A stretch of 63,812 nt of DNA, the filler included, from an uncultured bacterium (GTDB taxonomy: Bacteria > CAZSTA01), in NCBI GenBank assembly GCA_964609495.1. It is 3 parts of 3 records of this genome, joined end to end, with 100 filler letters (N's around TTAATTAATTAA, not from the genome) between each part and the next. Parts side by side here need not be neighbours in the genome. Positions count along the whole stretch, not along the records: positions 22,165 to 44,159 come from CAZSTA010000040.1; 2 more parts are not named here. One strand, 5' to 3'. A program made the translations under genes and the position numbers. Positions 29,144-38,940 of the stretch are shown piece by piece (position 1 is the first letter of the stretch; each line of letters starts with the position of its first letter). Below the pieces are notes generated by a model that saw only the letters and a list, made by a program, of their open reading frames with translations, did not search any database and was not told the origin of the DNA.

Positions 29144-29968
29144 ATGTCAAACAAAAAATCTCAAAGATTTATAGTATATCTCGTCGCGATCTTGATAAGT
29201 ATCCCGATGATCGTTCCCTTTGTTTGGATGTTCCTTTCCTCCTTCAAAACCTCCACTGAAATTATACGTATTCCCCCGACCTTTTTCCCTCAGAATCCAA
29301 TTTTAACCACCTATAAAACGGTATTACAGGAGTTGGATTTCGTTCGCTATTTCTTGAATAGCGCTATAGTCTCCACCTCGGTAACCTTTATCGTGCTTTT
29401 CACTAGCTCCTTGATGGGATATGTCTTTGCTAAGTTCAAATTCAAAGGGAAAGAGGTAATATTTCTAAGTATAATAAGCACGATGATGATTCCCTTTGCG
29501 GTGGTCGTTATTCCTCTCTTTTTGCTTATGGCCCAATTTAGATGGGTCGATACCTATTGGGGAATAATCATACCGCTGTGCGTAAGCTCCTTCGGGATCT
29601 TCTTAATGCGACAGTTTATGGAGGGTATTCCTACCGCCCTACTCGAAGCCGCCAGGATCGATGGGGCAGGCGAGTGGTGGATATATATGCATATCGTGCT
29701 CCCTCTATCTAAGGCGGCGCTCTCGGCTTTGGGGATCTTCTCCTTTATGTGGGCCTGGAACACCCTCTTCTGGCCCCTTATAGTTATAATGAGTCCGGAG
29801 ATGAGAACCTTAACTTTGGGGGTTGCTACTCTGCAATGGGACTATGGGATAAGATACGATACCGTTATTACCGGGGCTTCTATAGCCACTATCCCAGTGT
29901 TGATAGTATATAGCTTTGCTCATAGAAACTTCATAAAGGGATTGACTTTAACTGGTTTGAAGTATTGA
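29144..29968 (+). CDS. Carbohydrate ABC permease (MalG/UgpE-type)
   Basis: GYVFAKFKFKG, EAARIDGA, WNTLFWPL. Confidence 0.94.
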   Translation: MSNKKSQRFIVYLVAILISIPMIVPFVWMFLSSFKTSTEIIRIPPTFFPQNPILTTYKTVLQELDFVRYFLNSAIVSTSVTFIVLFTSSLMGYVFAKFKFKGKEVIFLSIISTMMIPFAVVVIPLFLLMAQFRWVDTYWGIIIPLCVSSFGIFLMRQFMEGIPTALLEAARIDGAGEWWIYMHIVLPLSKAALSALGIFSFMWAWNTLFWPLIVIMSPEMRTLTLGVATLQWDYGIRYDTVITGASIATIPVLIVYSFAHRNFIKGLTLTGLKY

Positions 29969-30008
29969 TGATTTATTCTACTTATGATCGAGGGGGAAGT
30001 AAGAGGAA

Positions 30009-31157
30009 ATGACCCATAAAGAGCGAATGTTAATCGCCTATCGAGGAGAGCAACCAGATCGTGTTCCTATCGCGCCGGAGCTCTGGTTTTTAGTGCCGGC
30101 GAAGATAATGAAGGTGCCATTCTACGAGGTAGGAGGGCCTATAAGTAGCATTCCCCTATGGAGGGCTCAATTGGAAGCGGCTAAATACTTTGATGTAGTA
30201 GGGTGGATCGTTCCTAACCTAGGGTCGGCTTATCCAGATAGATATGAGAGGAAGTGTTCGAAGAGGGATGACGGAAGGATAGAGGTAACCGTTATCTGGC
30301 ACGCCGACGAAGGGGATTTTCGAGAAGTTATAGATTGCTTTCCTGATGATGCCTCTTGGGATCGGGAGCGTCCGGCGAAGAAGATCGAGGATTTCGAGAA
30401 GCTCAAGCCTCTGCTTATGGAGGATCCATGGGGAATGGATGTATCCGAGGTGGAAGAGGCGGTCAAGGAGACTGGTGGTCAAGGGGTGGTGGAGATAGGA
30501 GTTGGCCTACAGTTCTTCGACTTCATCGCGGTTAATAGGGAGGGAGGTCCTACTCAAGCTATCTATGATTTCTATGATTACCCCGATTATCTGAGAAAAT
30601 TGCACGATGAATACGTGGAATATGTTCGGGAGATGACGAGAATGGTCATCGCCAGAACCAGGGCAGATGTGGTATTTATCGCTAATGCCTATTCCAGTCT
30701 TGGAGTCATAAGCCCGAAGATGTTCAAGGAGTGGAATATTCCGGGGATAAAAGCGGTGGTCGAGGAAGCTCACCAGAAGGGGAAGCTGGTCCACATCCAT
30801 CAACATGGATATTGTTTAGGGCTGATGGATTATCTAGTTGAGGCTGAAGTCGATGCGGTCTGTCCTCTGGAGAGACCTCCGGGCGGAGATGTAGTTGATC
30901 TGGGTGAAGTGAAGCGCAGGTGGGGAGATAAGATCGCCCTCAAGGGAAATGTTCATACGATAGATGTATTGCTCAATGGCACTCCAGAGGATGTCGAAAG
31001 GCAAGTTAAAGAGTGTATCGCTAGCGCTGGAGAAGGAGGAGGTTTCATTCTTGGGACTGGCGATCAGGTCGCTCGTGATACCAGCTTCGAGAATATATGG
31101 GCGTATGTGGAAGCGGGGAATAAGTATGGTAAATATCCTTTGATTGATCTTCAGTAG
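30009..31157 (+). CDS. URO-D-like superfamily protein
   Basis: MTHKERML...PDRVP, ISPKMFKEW, IALKGNV, GGFILGTGDQ. Confidence 0.88.
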   Translation: MTHKERMLIAYRGEQPDRVPIAPELWFLVPAKIMKVPFYEVGGPISSIPLWRAQLEAAKYFDVVGWIVPNLGSAYPDRYERKCSKRDDGRIEVTVIWHADEGDFREVIDCFPDDASWDRERPAKKIEDFEKLKPLLMEDPWGMDVSEVEEAVKETGGQGVVEIGVGLQFFDFIAVNREGGPTQAIYDFYDYPDYLRKLHDEYVEYVREMTRMVIARTRADVVFIANAYSSLGVISPKMFKEWNIPGIKAVVEEAHQKGKLVHIHQHGYCLGLMDYLVEAEVDAVCPLERPPGGDVVDLGEVKRRWGDKIALKGNVHTIDVLLNGTPEDVERQVKECIASAGEGGGFILGTGDQVARDTSFENIWAYVEAGNKYGKYPLIDLQ

Positions 31158-31165
31158 GAGAAGTT

Positions 31166-32140
31166 ATGATGATTCCTAGAGATAGATTCTTAGCAGCCCT
31201 TGATCTAGAGAGACCCGAGGAAGTTCCTTATTACGAATCGGAGATCGAGAAAGTTATAGCGGAGAAGTTATTTGGGGAAAAGAATCCAGATCAGAGAAGG
31301 CTCTCAATCCTATTTCATCGAGATCATGTTCCTTCCTTCTGTTTCGCCCCAAGTTTTTTTGTGTCGGAGAAGACCAGTCAGAGTGGGGAGAGGAAGTTCT
31401 TCTCACGCGGTCTCATTAAATCTCGGGAGGATTTGGAGGGAAGAGAACTAATCTCGCCCAATGATGAGAGTATATATGCTGAGGTCAGGAAGGAGGTAGC
31501 GCGAAAGGGTGATTTGGCGGTCAACGCTCTAATTGGAGTGGGATTGGATGAAGCAGTATTAAGCATGGGATTGGAGAACTTCTGCTATGCGATGTATGAT
31601 GATCCTGATCTAGTTTGCGCGCTTATAGATAGATTTGTGGATTGGTGTTGTATAGTAGTCGATAACTTGATGGAGATCGGAGTAGATTTTATGTGGGCTG
31701 GAACCGATATCGCCTATAAATCCGGTCCTATGTTCGATCCCGAAATATTTCGCACCCTCTTCCTGCCGAGAATAAGGAGGGTGACGGATAGGATCACAGT
31801 CCCCTGGATATTTCACAGCGATGGGAATATCATCCCTTATATGAATGATCTCCTCACCTTGGGAATGAATGCTATCCATCCTATAGAACCCGATGCTATG
31901 GATATAGTGGAATTTAAGGAGGCTTATGGGAATAGAGTTTGTGTTGTTGGTAATATCAGCGTTGATCTTCTTTCCCAAGGCACTCCTGAGCAAGTTCGAG
32001 AAGAGGTTCGGTGGAGGATGAAGAAGCTGGGCTCTCAAGGCGGATATATAATCTCCAGTGGAAATAGTATCCCTGGTTATGTGGATCCTCATAATTACTG
32101 GGCTATGGTGGAGGCTATAGAGGAGTATAGAAAGATCTGA
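31166..32140 (+). CDS. URO-D-like superfamily protein
   Basis: MGLENF, DIAYKSGPM, FHSDGN, GNISVDLL, GGYIISSGNSI. Confidence 0.88.
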   Translation: MMIPRDRFLAALDLERPEEVPYYESEIEKVIAEKLFGEKNPDQRRLSILFHRDHVPSFCFAPSFFVSEKTSQSGERKFFSRGLIKSREDLEGRELISPNDESIYAEVRKEVARKGDLAVNALIGVGLDEAVLSMGLENFCYAMYDDPDLVCALIDRFVDWCCIVVDNLMEIGVDFMWAGTDIAYKSGPMFDPEIFRTLFLPRIRRVTDRITVPWIFHSDGNIIPYMNDLLTLGMNAIHPIEPDAMDIVEFKEAYGNRVCVVGNISVDLLSQGTPEQVREEVRWRMKKLGSQGGYIISSGNSIPGYVDPHNYWAMVEAIEEYRKI

Positions 32141-32168
32141 TATGATGTTATCAAGGGGTGGATTAAAG

Positions 32169-32420
32169 ATGACTGAAAGAATTTCAATTAACCCGAAGGT
32201 ATGTCACGGTAAACCTTGTATAAAAGGAACGCGTATAATGGTATATCAAATTTTGGATCTACTCGAGGCAGGTCTATCATGCGAAGAGATAATCAAAGAT
32301 TATTTTCCAAAGATAACCGTTGATGATATTCTAGCTTGTATTCGTTTTGCTAATGAGTTAGTGAAAGGTGAAGAGATACACTTCTATGAGCAGGAAGAAA
32401 AAGAAAAGATGTTGAGATGA
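32169..32420 (+). CDS. DUF433-family antitoxin-like protein
   Basis: RISINPKVCHGKPCIKGTRI...EEIIKDYFP.IT.DDILAC. Confidence 0.9.
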   Translation: MTERISINPKVCHGKPCIKGTRIMVYQILDLLEAGLSCEEIIKDYFPKITVDDILACIRFANELVKGEEIHFYEQEEKEKMLR

Positions 32421-32503
32421 AATTTCTTAGCGAACATAAAGATAAATCGCTTGCCAATACTCTAATTATAATTGATAAAAATAAGTATCGAAAGCGGAGA
32501 TAA
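32417..32503 (+). pseudogene. Internally deleted DUF5615/PIN-like toxin remnant (28 aa)
   Basis: ATGA-coupled to DUF433; MKFL start fused to a LIIIDKNKYRKRR end. Confidence 0.55.
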
Positions 32504-32569
32504 CTCATCCGTCTAAAAGCTCTCTTAATCTGTGTTTGATTCCAATATAGATCGGGAAGGAGTTCGGCT

Positions 32570-33583
32570 ATGAAATCATTTTTCGTAAAGGCGGCTTATA
32601 TGTTTGAGGAAAGAGATGTGCCACTAACACCTCCTAGGAACGATGAAGTTGTGGTCAAGATGAGGGCTTGTGGGGTATGTGGCTTTGATATCCTCATCGC
32701 CTCAGTTCTTGCTGAGAACCCTATGGGAATTGGACATGAGAATTCAGGGGTAGTGGAGCAGGTCGGAGAGAATGTAACAAATGTCAAGGTGGGCGATAGG
32801 GTGGCTCTGGAGAACTCCACCTACTGTGGTGTTTGTGATATGTGTAAAAATGGACGAGTGATCCAGTGTATCAATCTCTCCCACTTTCTAACCGCCTCTG
32901 GCTTCGCTGAGTATATAAAGCTAGGAGAGAGATCAATTCATAAGATAGGGGATATAAGCTTCGAGGGAGGGGCTTTGGTTGAACCATTAACAGTTGCTCT
33001 AGATATGGCGGAGTCCGCTGATATCCCTATTAACTCGGATGTAGCAGTATTTGGGCCAGGACCAATCGGATTGATGATAGCGAGATTAGCTATGTTCAAA
33101 GGGGCAAGACGGGTGTTTCTCACTGGTAATTCTCATTCCAAGAAGAGATTCGAAGTCGCTGAGCAACTAGGGATCAAGGATATAATCTATGCGGATAAGG
33201 AGGATATTCCCAAATACTTTGAGAAGGTGATCCCTAAAGGAGTGGATCGAGTTCTTGTTACCGCTCCACCTAGAACGATACTTGACGCTATCAAGATCAC
33301 TAAATTTGGCGGAATAATAACTTATGATGGGATTAAATACGGAGAGGAACGGATGGTCACCTTCGATGCTAATGAGTTTCACTTCAAACGTTTACAATTG
33401 AGGGGTTGCCATTCGATACCAAATCTTATGTATCCAGTAGCTATCGATCTCATTCGGAGGAGAGTTATCGATCCCGCTCTGTTCGTTACTCATCGCTTCC
33501 CACTTGATAAGACCCCCGAGGCTATTAAATTCGCCGCGGAAAAGAGGAGCGAGATCGTGAAGGTTATGGTAGTGAATAAGTGA
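32570..33583 (+). CDS. Zinc-dependent medium-chain dehydrogenase (threonine/sorbitol dehydrogenase-like)
   Basis: CGVCG.D, GHENSG, CGVCDMCKNG...C, GPGPIG. Confidence 0.92.
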   Translation: MKSFFVKAAYMFEERDVPLTPPRNDEVVVKMRACGVCGFDILIASVLAENPMGIGHENSGVVEQVGENVTNVKVGDRVALENSTYCGVCDMCKNGRVIQCINLSHFLTASGFAEYIKLGERSIHKIGDISFEGGALVEPLTVALDMAESADIPINSDVAVFGPGPIGLMIARLAMFKGARRVFLTGNSHSKKRFEVAEQLGIKDIIYADKEDIPKYFEKVIPKGVDRVLVTAPPRTILDAIKITKFGGIITYDGIKYGEERMVTFDANEFHFKRLQLRGCHSIPNLMYPVAIDLIRRRVIDPALFVTHRFPLDKTPEAIKFAAEKRSEIVKVMVVNK

Positions 33584-33666
33584 TCTCTGAGGATGGGCTG
33601 AAAAAGATATAGTTCTTTATGATAAAACTAATGGCTGTTGCTAATAAAAGTTAGGAGGTTTAAGGT

Positions 33667-34716
33667 ATGGCTCTTAAAGTAGGAGTGATAGGATGCGGGA
33701 ATATCTCGAAATTTCATCTGGAAGGATACAAAGCTGCGGGTGCTGATATAGTCTGCGTATCCGATCTAAATGAGGATCTTGCTAAAAGTAAAGCTAGGAT
33801 TTATAACTGTGATTATACCACGGATTATAAGGAGTTGCTAGCCAGAGATGAGATTCGCTCTGTTTCCGTTTGTCTCCCTAATTATCTACACTATCAAGTC
33901 TCAGTTGATGTGCTGGAGGCGGGAAAAATTGTCCTCTGTGAGAAGCCTATGACAACCAAGGTCGAGGATTCCGAAAAACTGGTGGCTAAGGTAAAGGAGA
34001 CGGGTGGTAAATTCCAGATCGGTTATATGAAGAGGTTTCACCCAGCATTTAAGCTATTCAAGGAACTAGCTCCTGAGATCGGGAAGATCGAGAGTGGTAT
34101 GGTTAGAGTTTACCATCCACTTCCGAAGGAGGCTTGGGAGAGACAGGGAAGGATCCCTACCTGGTTTGTTCAGAAGGAGAAATCAGGAGGAGGCCCTCTC
34201 GTCCATTCAGGAAGCCATATGCTCGATATAATGCGCTGGGTAGCAGGAGATCCGATCCGCGTTGATGCTAGGATTAAGTTCAAGCCGGGTTTCGATATAG
34301 ATTATCTAACAAACGCTATTTTGGATCTGGAGAGTGGAGCTACCCTATTCCTCGAAGTCGGTTGGTTGTCGCTCCTAGGGGTGGGCTTCAGACAGGATGG
34401 TTGGGACGAATTTATCGAGCTACGAGGAGATAAGGGTAGGATAGTGATTTATTCTACCTGGTGGGACGATCCAGAGCATCAAATTCCAGTGGTGGAACTC
34501 TATCGAGAGGCTGATAAATCCACCCAACGATTTGCTCCCGGAAAGTTTAACTACTTCACGGAGGAGATAAAATCCTTCGTCAAAACGGCGGAGGAAGATG
34601 GAGTTCATAAGCCAGATGTTGTAGATGGCTATAAGGTAGAGGCGATTATAGATGCCCTGTATAAATCCGCTGAGAAGATGGCTCCAGAGGAAGTAGTGTA
34701 TAAGTATAAGTATTAG
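33667..34716 (+). CDS. Gfo/Idh/MocA oxidoreductase
   Basis: VGVIGCG, VLCEKP, GYMKRF, SGGG...GSHMLD. Confidence 0.93.
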   Translation: MALKVGVIGCGNISKFHLEGYKAAGADIVCVSDLNEDLAKSKARIYNCDYTTDYKELLARDEIRSVSVCLPNYLHYQVSVDVLEAGKIVLCEKPMTTKVEDSEKLVAKVKETGGKFQIGYMKRFHPAFKLFKELAPEIGKIESGMVRVYHPLPKEAWERQGRIPTWFVQKEKSGGGPLVHSGSHMLDIMRWVAGDPIRVDARIKFKPGFDIDYLTNAILDLESGATLFLEVGWLSLLGVGFRQDGWDEFIELRGDKGRIVIYSTWWDDPEHQIPVVELYREADKSTQRFAPGKFNYFTEEIKSFVKTAEEDGVHKPDVVDGYKVEAIIDALYKSAEKMAPEEVVYKYKY

Positions 34717-34747
34717 ATGCTTCACCTCTGAGGATTCGATCATTTGT

Positions 34748-34775
34748 GGCGTTGGGTTCGATGACCCAACGCCAT
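34748..34775. terminator. Bidirectional terminator hairpin between convergent genes
   Basis: TGGCGTTGGGT...ACCCAACGCCA perfect 11-bp stem. Confidence 0.7.
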
Positions 34776-34800
34776 TCTCAATTTCTTACTTTCTTTTTCA

Positions 34801-36021
34801 TTAAACTTCTATCCTAAGTGCTTCCTGTCTCTCCTTTAGTCTGATTTTCGTTTCTATCCTAAAGCTCGTTAGCAATCCCATCAGAGCTAAGATCGCTCCT
34901 CCTATGAATACCACTTGATAACCGAATTTATCCCAAGCCCATCCTCCGATTATAAGAGCTAGGAAGGAGGCGGCATGATCGATGGTAGTGCGCATAGAGA
35001 GGTTAGAAGTGATATCCTCTCTAGGAGCGATCTTTGCTATATAGGTGGTCATCGCTACCCCGAAGCCCCCGAGAAGCCCATTGATGATATATAGGATGTA
35101 GATTAGAGGAGTGGAGGGTTTAAGACTATATCCTAAAAATATGATAATCAATCCAGTATACTGTAACATAAAAGCTTTCTTCTCTCCGATCACATCTATT
35201 ATTCTTCCGATCGAGACGCGAGAGAAGATAGCTATGATGCTGGTAGCTCCGAAGATAACTGCAAGAGTCTGAGCACTTACTCCCAGAATCTTAACCATAA
35301 GAAAGATCGCGAAGGTCGCTTGTATATGCTTGTAATATCCGGAGAAGAAGGAGAGAACATAGAATAGAGAATAGCGTCTCTTGAGGGAGAAGATAGCTTT
35401 CAAGCGATCTTTGAAGGGTATATCTAATAATATCTTACTCCTCCTTGATCCGACCTCTCTAGGGAGAGCAAGGAGGATCATTCCCCCTAAGAGATTAACT
35501 ATAGCTCCTACTAAGAATATATTCCTTAAACCTATGGAATTAACTGTTAGATAGATTAAGGCGGAGGCTAAGAGGCCTCCTAGTGCCCCTATGCTTCCTA
35601 TCAGACCGAGCATCTGAGCTTGTTTTCCCTCTTGAGATAGAGAGAGTATGATGGAGCTTTGGATAGGCATCATAAAGTGAAACCCAAGACTTTCTATAAA
35701 TACTGCTATCAATAACACCGAGAGATTATGAGCATAGAAGTAGAGGACGAGACCAATTGCAGAGGTAAATAAGCATAAAGAGGCGGCGGTTGGTTCTAGG
35801 AAGATAATAAGAACAACGGATAGGAAGACAGTCAATAACCCAGGGGTTTCCCTCACTGCCTCCAATAATCCCATCTGGGTTGCCTCAACATTTAGCTCCT
35901 GGACATAAAATTTCTGAGCGATCGTCGTCCTAAGTCCGAAAGCCATCTGCCCCAGAAAGAAGCCTACCAGAGCTATCGCTAGAGCTTTTCTCACATCAAA
36001 GCCTTTAGTTGATCCTGTCAA
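34801..36021 (-). CDS. Major facilitator superfamily transporter
   Basis: About 12 hydrophobic segments; GRIIDVIGEK motif-A-like loop. Confidence 0.88.
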   Translation of the reverse strand: MTGSTKGFDVRKALAIALVGFFLGQMAFGLRTTIAQKFYVQELNVEATQMGLLEAVRETPGLLTVFLSVVLIIFLEPTAASLCLFTSAIGLVLYFYAHNLSVLLIAVFIESLGFHFMMPIQSSIILSLSQEGKQAQMLGLIGSIGALGGLLASALIYLTVNSIGLRNIFLVGAIVNLLGGMILLALPREVGSRRSKILLDIPFKDRLKAIFSLKRRYSLFYVLSFFSGYYKHIQATFAIFLMVKILGVSAQTLAVIFGATSIIAIFSRVSIGRIIDVIGEKKAFMLQYTGLIIIFLGYSLKPSTPLIYILYIINGLLGGFGVAMTTYIAKIAPREDITSNLSMRTTIDHAASFLALIIGGWAWDKFGYQVVFIGGAILALMGLLTSFRIETKIRLKERQEALRIEV

Positions 36022-36195
36022 TTTTAAGTTTCCTTTCTTTATATAGAAAAATCAGATGACGTTTTCCAGAAGGTCTTTAGAGTCCTGCTTAAAAAGTTTG
36101 GCTCTCTCTTTCAATCTCAAATTTTTGTGGAAGTATAAACAAGTTTTATTATACCACATAAAGTTCAGTTTTACAATGTGATTATAGAATAATGT

Positions 36196-36222
36196 AAGCA
36201 TGTAAAACTCCGTGCTAGGAAA
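36196..36222. repeat. Solo family A terminal sequence
   Basis: AAGCATGTAAAACTCCGTGCTAGGAAA resembles the reverse complement of the end at 44322-44348. Confidence 0.65.
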
Positions 36223-36228
36223 CTGTTC

Positions 36229-36257
36229 TTGACAATTATTTAAAAATCTGATAAAAT
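36229..36257 (+). promoter_or_regulatory. sigma70-type promoter
   Basis: TTGACA-17nt-TAAAAT with TG extension. Confidence 0.65.
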
Positions 36258-36422
36258 TAAGTAGTTTTCAGATTGTATTCTGAACTGCAACACCTTGAAT
36301 CTAAAACTCTTGAAAGAAAGGAGATGAGAACATAAAGTTTAACCACGGGTGTCGGTTGCACTTCAGATACAATTTGTCTGGTTTTTTTGACAACCGAGTA
36401 GGGAACAAGAAAGGAGCCAAAA

Positions 36423-37829
36423 ATGGCTAAGAATACAAAAATCTATACGGTGTTTTTTTCGTCTGGTCATCCAGTTGGATTTAAGGCTTATCGAAAATAT
36501 CATCCTGATATAAAAGTGATGGAAAATCAGGAGATACTCCAAAGAGTTAAAGATGAATGTAAAGGTGTGGAATTTGTCGGTGAAGCTGAACCTGTAAAAG
36601 CTGAAGATGTTATTTCGAATATAAAAGAACAAAAGGAAAATTTAGATGGTCTGCTTGTCTTTGGTCCGCCACCAGATGAGCTGATATCAGTTGGATTACC
36701 CATAGTAGCTGTGGAACGTCCTTTGGAGGGATGCACAACGGTGCCTTTTCATGCTTATAAAGATAGTAAAGTTCTAACATCTTATTTGCCTGCACATCAC
36801 GACAAAGACCCTAAAGTTTACTCCCTTCGATTCGAGGATATAGCAGGAAAAGTTAAGCTGATTGATGTCATCGCAAGGATGAAAGATTTAAAAATGTTGG
36901 TTGTAACAGATTTGCCTACCCTGGGCTATTTCGAACCTATGGATCTTCAGATCGAAACGAGCAGAGAAGAATATGAGGAAGTCTATCTCAGTAACCTAAA
37001 AGAGGCATTTGGGACGGAGTTTATAACAGTTCCGCAGAAAGAATTGCTAGGCGAGAAGATGCAAGCAGTAGATGAGGGAAAAGCAAGAGAAGTCACTCAA
37101 AAATGGATTGAGGGAGCTATTGCACTTCGAGGGACAAATGAAGCTGAGATTCTGAAATCAGCAAAACTATACTTACGTATGAAAGAACTGATGGATGAAC
37201 ATGACTGTGACGCCATAACTACTGAAGGATTTGGATGGCCACCACTTGGATTCGAGGCAGCTCCATCTGCAGGCTTACCTATCTCACAACTCCTTACGGA
37301 TGGTATAGCGGCTGCTTCCGAAACCTTGACAGATTGTTTAATCACTCAACAACTGGCATTATATATCACCGGTAGCGGAGGTCTATTGGGTGATTACAAC
37401 ATAGATCCCTTTAATAACACCGCCATAGTTTGTCACTGTGAAGGTTCGTTTAAACCGTATGGAGATGAAGGAAGAGCACCTTATATTATAAGAAATTTAC
37501 CGTTTGTGGAAGAAAATACAGGCGGTGCCTGTGTGCAAACGAACTATCCGATAGGTAAGACTGTAACCGTGGCAAAAATAGGTATGTATGGGAAAAAGCT
37601 ATCTATTTTCACAGGCGAGACGGTTTCTGGTGAGGAGCTCTTCCCATACTGGGAAGATATATTAGGCAGGAATAAAATAGCTATTAAAACTAATGCAAGA
37701 GCGCTGCTTGAGAATGTTGATTGGAAAACTTTTGGTAATCACAGAGCGGCGTTCTTTGGTGATTATAGGCAGGAGTTCAAAGATTTAGCTAAACTGATCG
37801 GATATGAAGTTGTAGAAAAAGATAAGTAA
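36423..37829 (+). CDS. L-fucose/L-arabinose isomerase-like protein
   Basis: AKLYLRMKELMDEHDCDAIT, GIAAASETLTD, CHC, GNHRAAFFGD. Confidence 0.72.
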   Translation: MAKNTKIYTVFFSSGHPVGFKAYRKYHPDIKVMENQEILQRVKDECKGVEFVGEAEPVKAEDVISNIKEQKENLDGLLVFGPPPDELISVGLPIVAVERPLEGCTTVPFHAYKDSKVLTSYLPAHHDKDPKVYSLRFEDIAGKVKLIDVIARMKDLKMLVVTDLPTLGYFEPMDLQIETSREEYEEVYLSNLKEAFGTEFITVPQKELLGEKMQAVDEGKAREVTQKWIEGAIALRGTNEAEILKSAKLYLRMKELMDEHDCDAITTEGFGWPPLGFEAAPSAGLPISQLLTDGIAAASETLTDCLITQQLALYITGSGGLLGDYNIDPFNNTAIVCHCEGSFKPYGDEGRAPYIIRNLPFVEENTGGACVQTNYPIGKTVTVAKIGMYGKKLSIFTGETVSGEELFPYWEDILGRNKIAIKTNARALLENVDWKTFGNHRAAFFGDYRQEFKDLAKLIGYEVVEKDK

Positions 37830-37851
37830 AATAAGAGAAGAAAATTTTAAT

Positions 37852-37879
37852 AAGCGGAGGCCCAACCTCCGCTTTTTTT
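37852..37879 (+). terminator. Intrinsic terminator
   Basis: AAGCGGAGG-CCCAA-CCTCCGCTT plus T-run. Confidence 0.8.
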
Positions 37880-37913
37880 ATTGTTGATAATTCAGCAAAA
37901 TTATATGTATAGG

Positions 37914-38120
37914 AAGCATATAAATTGGGGACCTGACATCATAAATCACCCTCCCCCTACCCCCCCTCCCTCGATGGGAGGGGGGACGAGAAATATGCGA
38001 AGCATAGACTTAAGCTCTATCTTGATGTTCCCTCTCCCCTTGTAGGAGAGGGATAGGATGAGGGGGGAATTACATCTTGACTTCTTGGTAAAATCTACTA
38101 GCATGAAATTTTACATACTT
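37914..38120. mobile_element. Family A element, divergent copy
   Basis: AAATCACCCTCCC...GGGAGGGGG, TGTTCCCTCTCCCCTTGTAGGAGAGGG..AGGATGAGGGG; end CTAGCATGAAATTTTACATACTT. Confidence 0.7.
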
Positions 38121-38135
38121 CCGTAGAATAATTAA

Positions 38136-38163
38136 AGCCCCCTAGCCAGAAGACTAGGGGGCT
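38136..38163 (-). terminator. Terminator of the MacAB-TolC operon
   Basis: AGCCCCCTAG...CTAGGGGGCT stem with T residues following on the minus strand. Confidence 0.7.
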
Positions 38164-38184
38164 GATTTGTCAGTATAATCTTGA

Positions 38185-38892
38185 TTATTTTGAAATCTCC
38201 TCATCGCTTATTCTGCCATCTAAAAGGTGAATTATACGCGAGGCGTGTTCAGCTACATACCTCTCATGAGTAACTACAATCACAGTATTACCCTCTTCAT
38301 TCAGTTGTTGAAATATTCCTAGTATCTCATCACCAGTGGTGGTATCCAGGTTTCCGGTCGGCTCATCTGCTAGGATGATGCTGGGATTGTTTATCAAAGC
38401 CCTGGCGATAGCCACTCGTTGACGCTGTCCTCCCGAAAGCTCATTAGGGCGATGCTTTATCCTATCACCTAAACCCACCTTGGTAAGAGCCTCTCGAGCT
38501 CTTCTCAGTCTCTCTCTCCCCCCGACTCCAGCGTAGATCAGAGGAACCTCCACATTGTGTAAGGCAGTATTGCGGGCTAACAAGTTGAATTGCTGGAATA
38601 CGAAGCCGATACGTTTATTTCTGATATTCGCTAAGCGATTATCGTTCAACTTGCTGACATCATCACCATCGAGGATATATCGACCGGAGGTGGGCTTATC
38701 TAAGCAACCAATGATGTGCATCAGGGTTGACTTACCAGAGCCAGAGGGACCCATAATAGATACTAATTCGCCCTCTTTGATCGTGAAGGAGACTCCAGAT
38801 AGGGCATTTACTGTCACATCCCTTCCCATCTTATATTGCCTGCTTATATCTTCTAAAGACATTATCTCTTTTTTACCATTAAACATATGCAT
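38185..38892 (-). CDS. MacB/LolD-type ABC ATP-binding protein
   Basis: [32 protein letters not shown]. Confidence 0.95.
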   Translation of the reverse strand: MHMFNGKKEIMSLEDISRQYKMGRDVTVNALSGVSFTIKEGELVSIMGPSGSGKSTLMHIIGCLDKPTSGRYILDGDDVSKLNDNRLANIRNKRIGFVFQQFNLLARNTALHNVEVPLIYAGVGGRERLRRAREALTKVGLGDRIKHRPNELSGGQRQRVAIARALINNPSIILADEPTGNLDTTTGDEILGIFQQLNEEGNTVIVVTHERYVAEHASRIIHLLDGRISDEEISK

Positions 38893-38940
38893 AACCTCCG
38901 ACCTTAATGCAATTTCTCATCTTCATTTACTACCGCTCTC

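Noticed and set aside
14863-29968. Both sugar ABC clusters lack an ATPase gene
   Set aside because: Common for CUT1 systems that share an MsmX/MalK-type ATPase encoded elsewhere.
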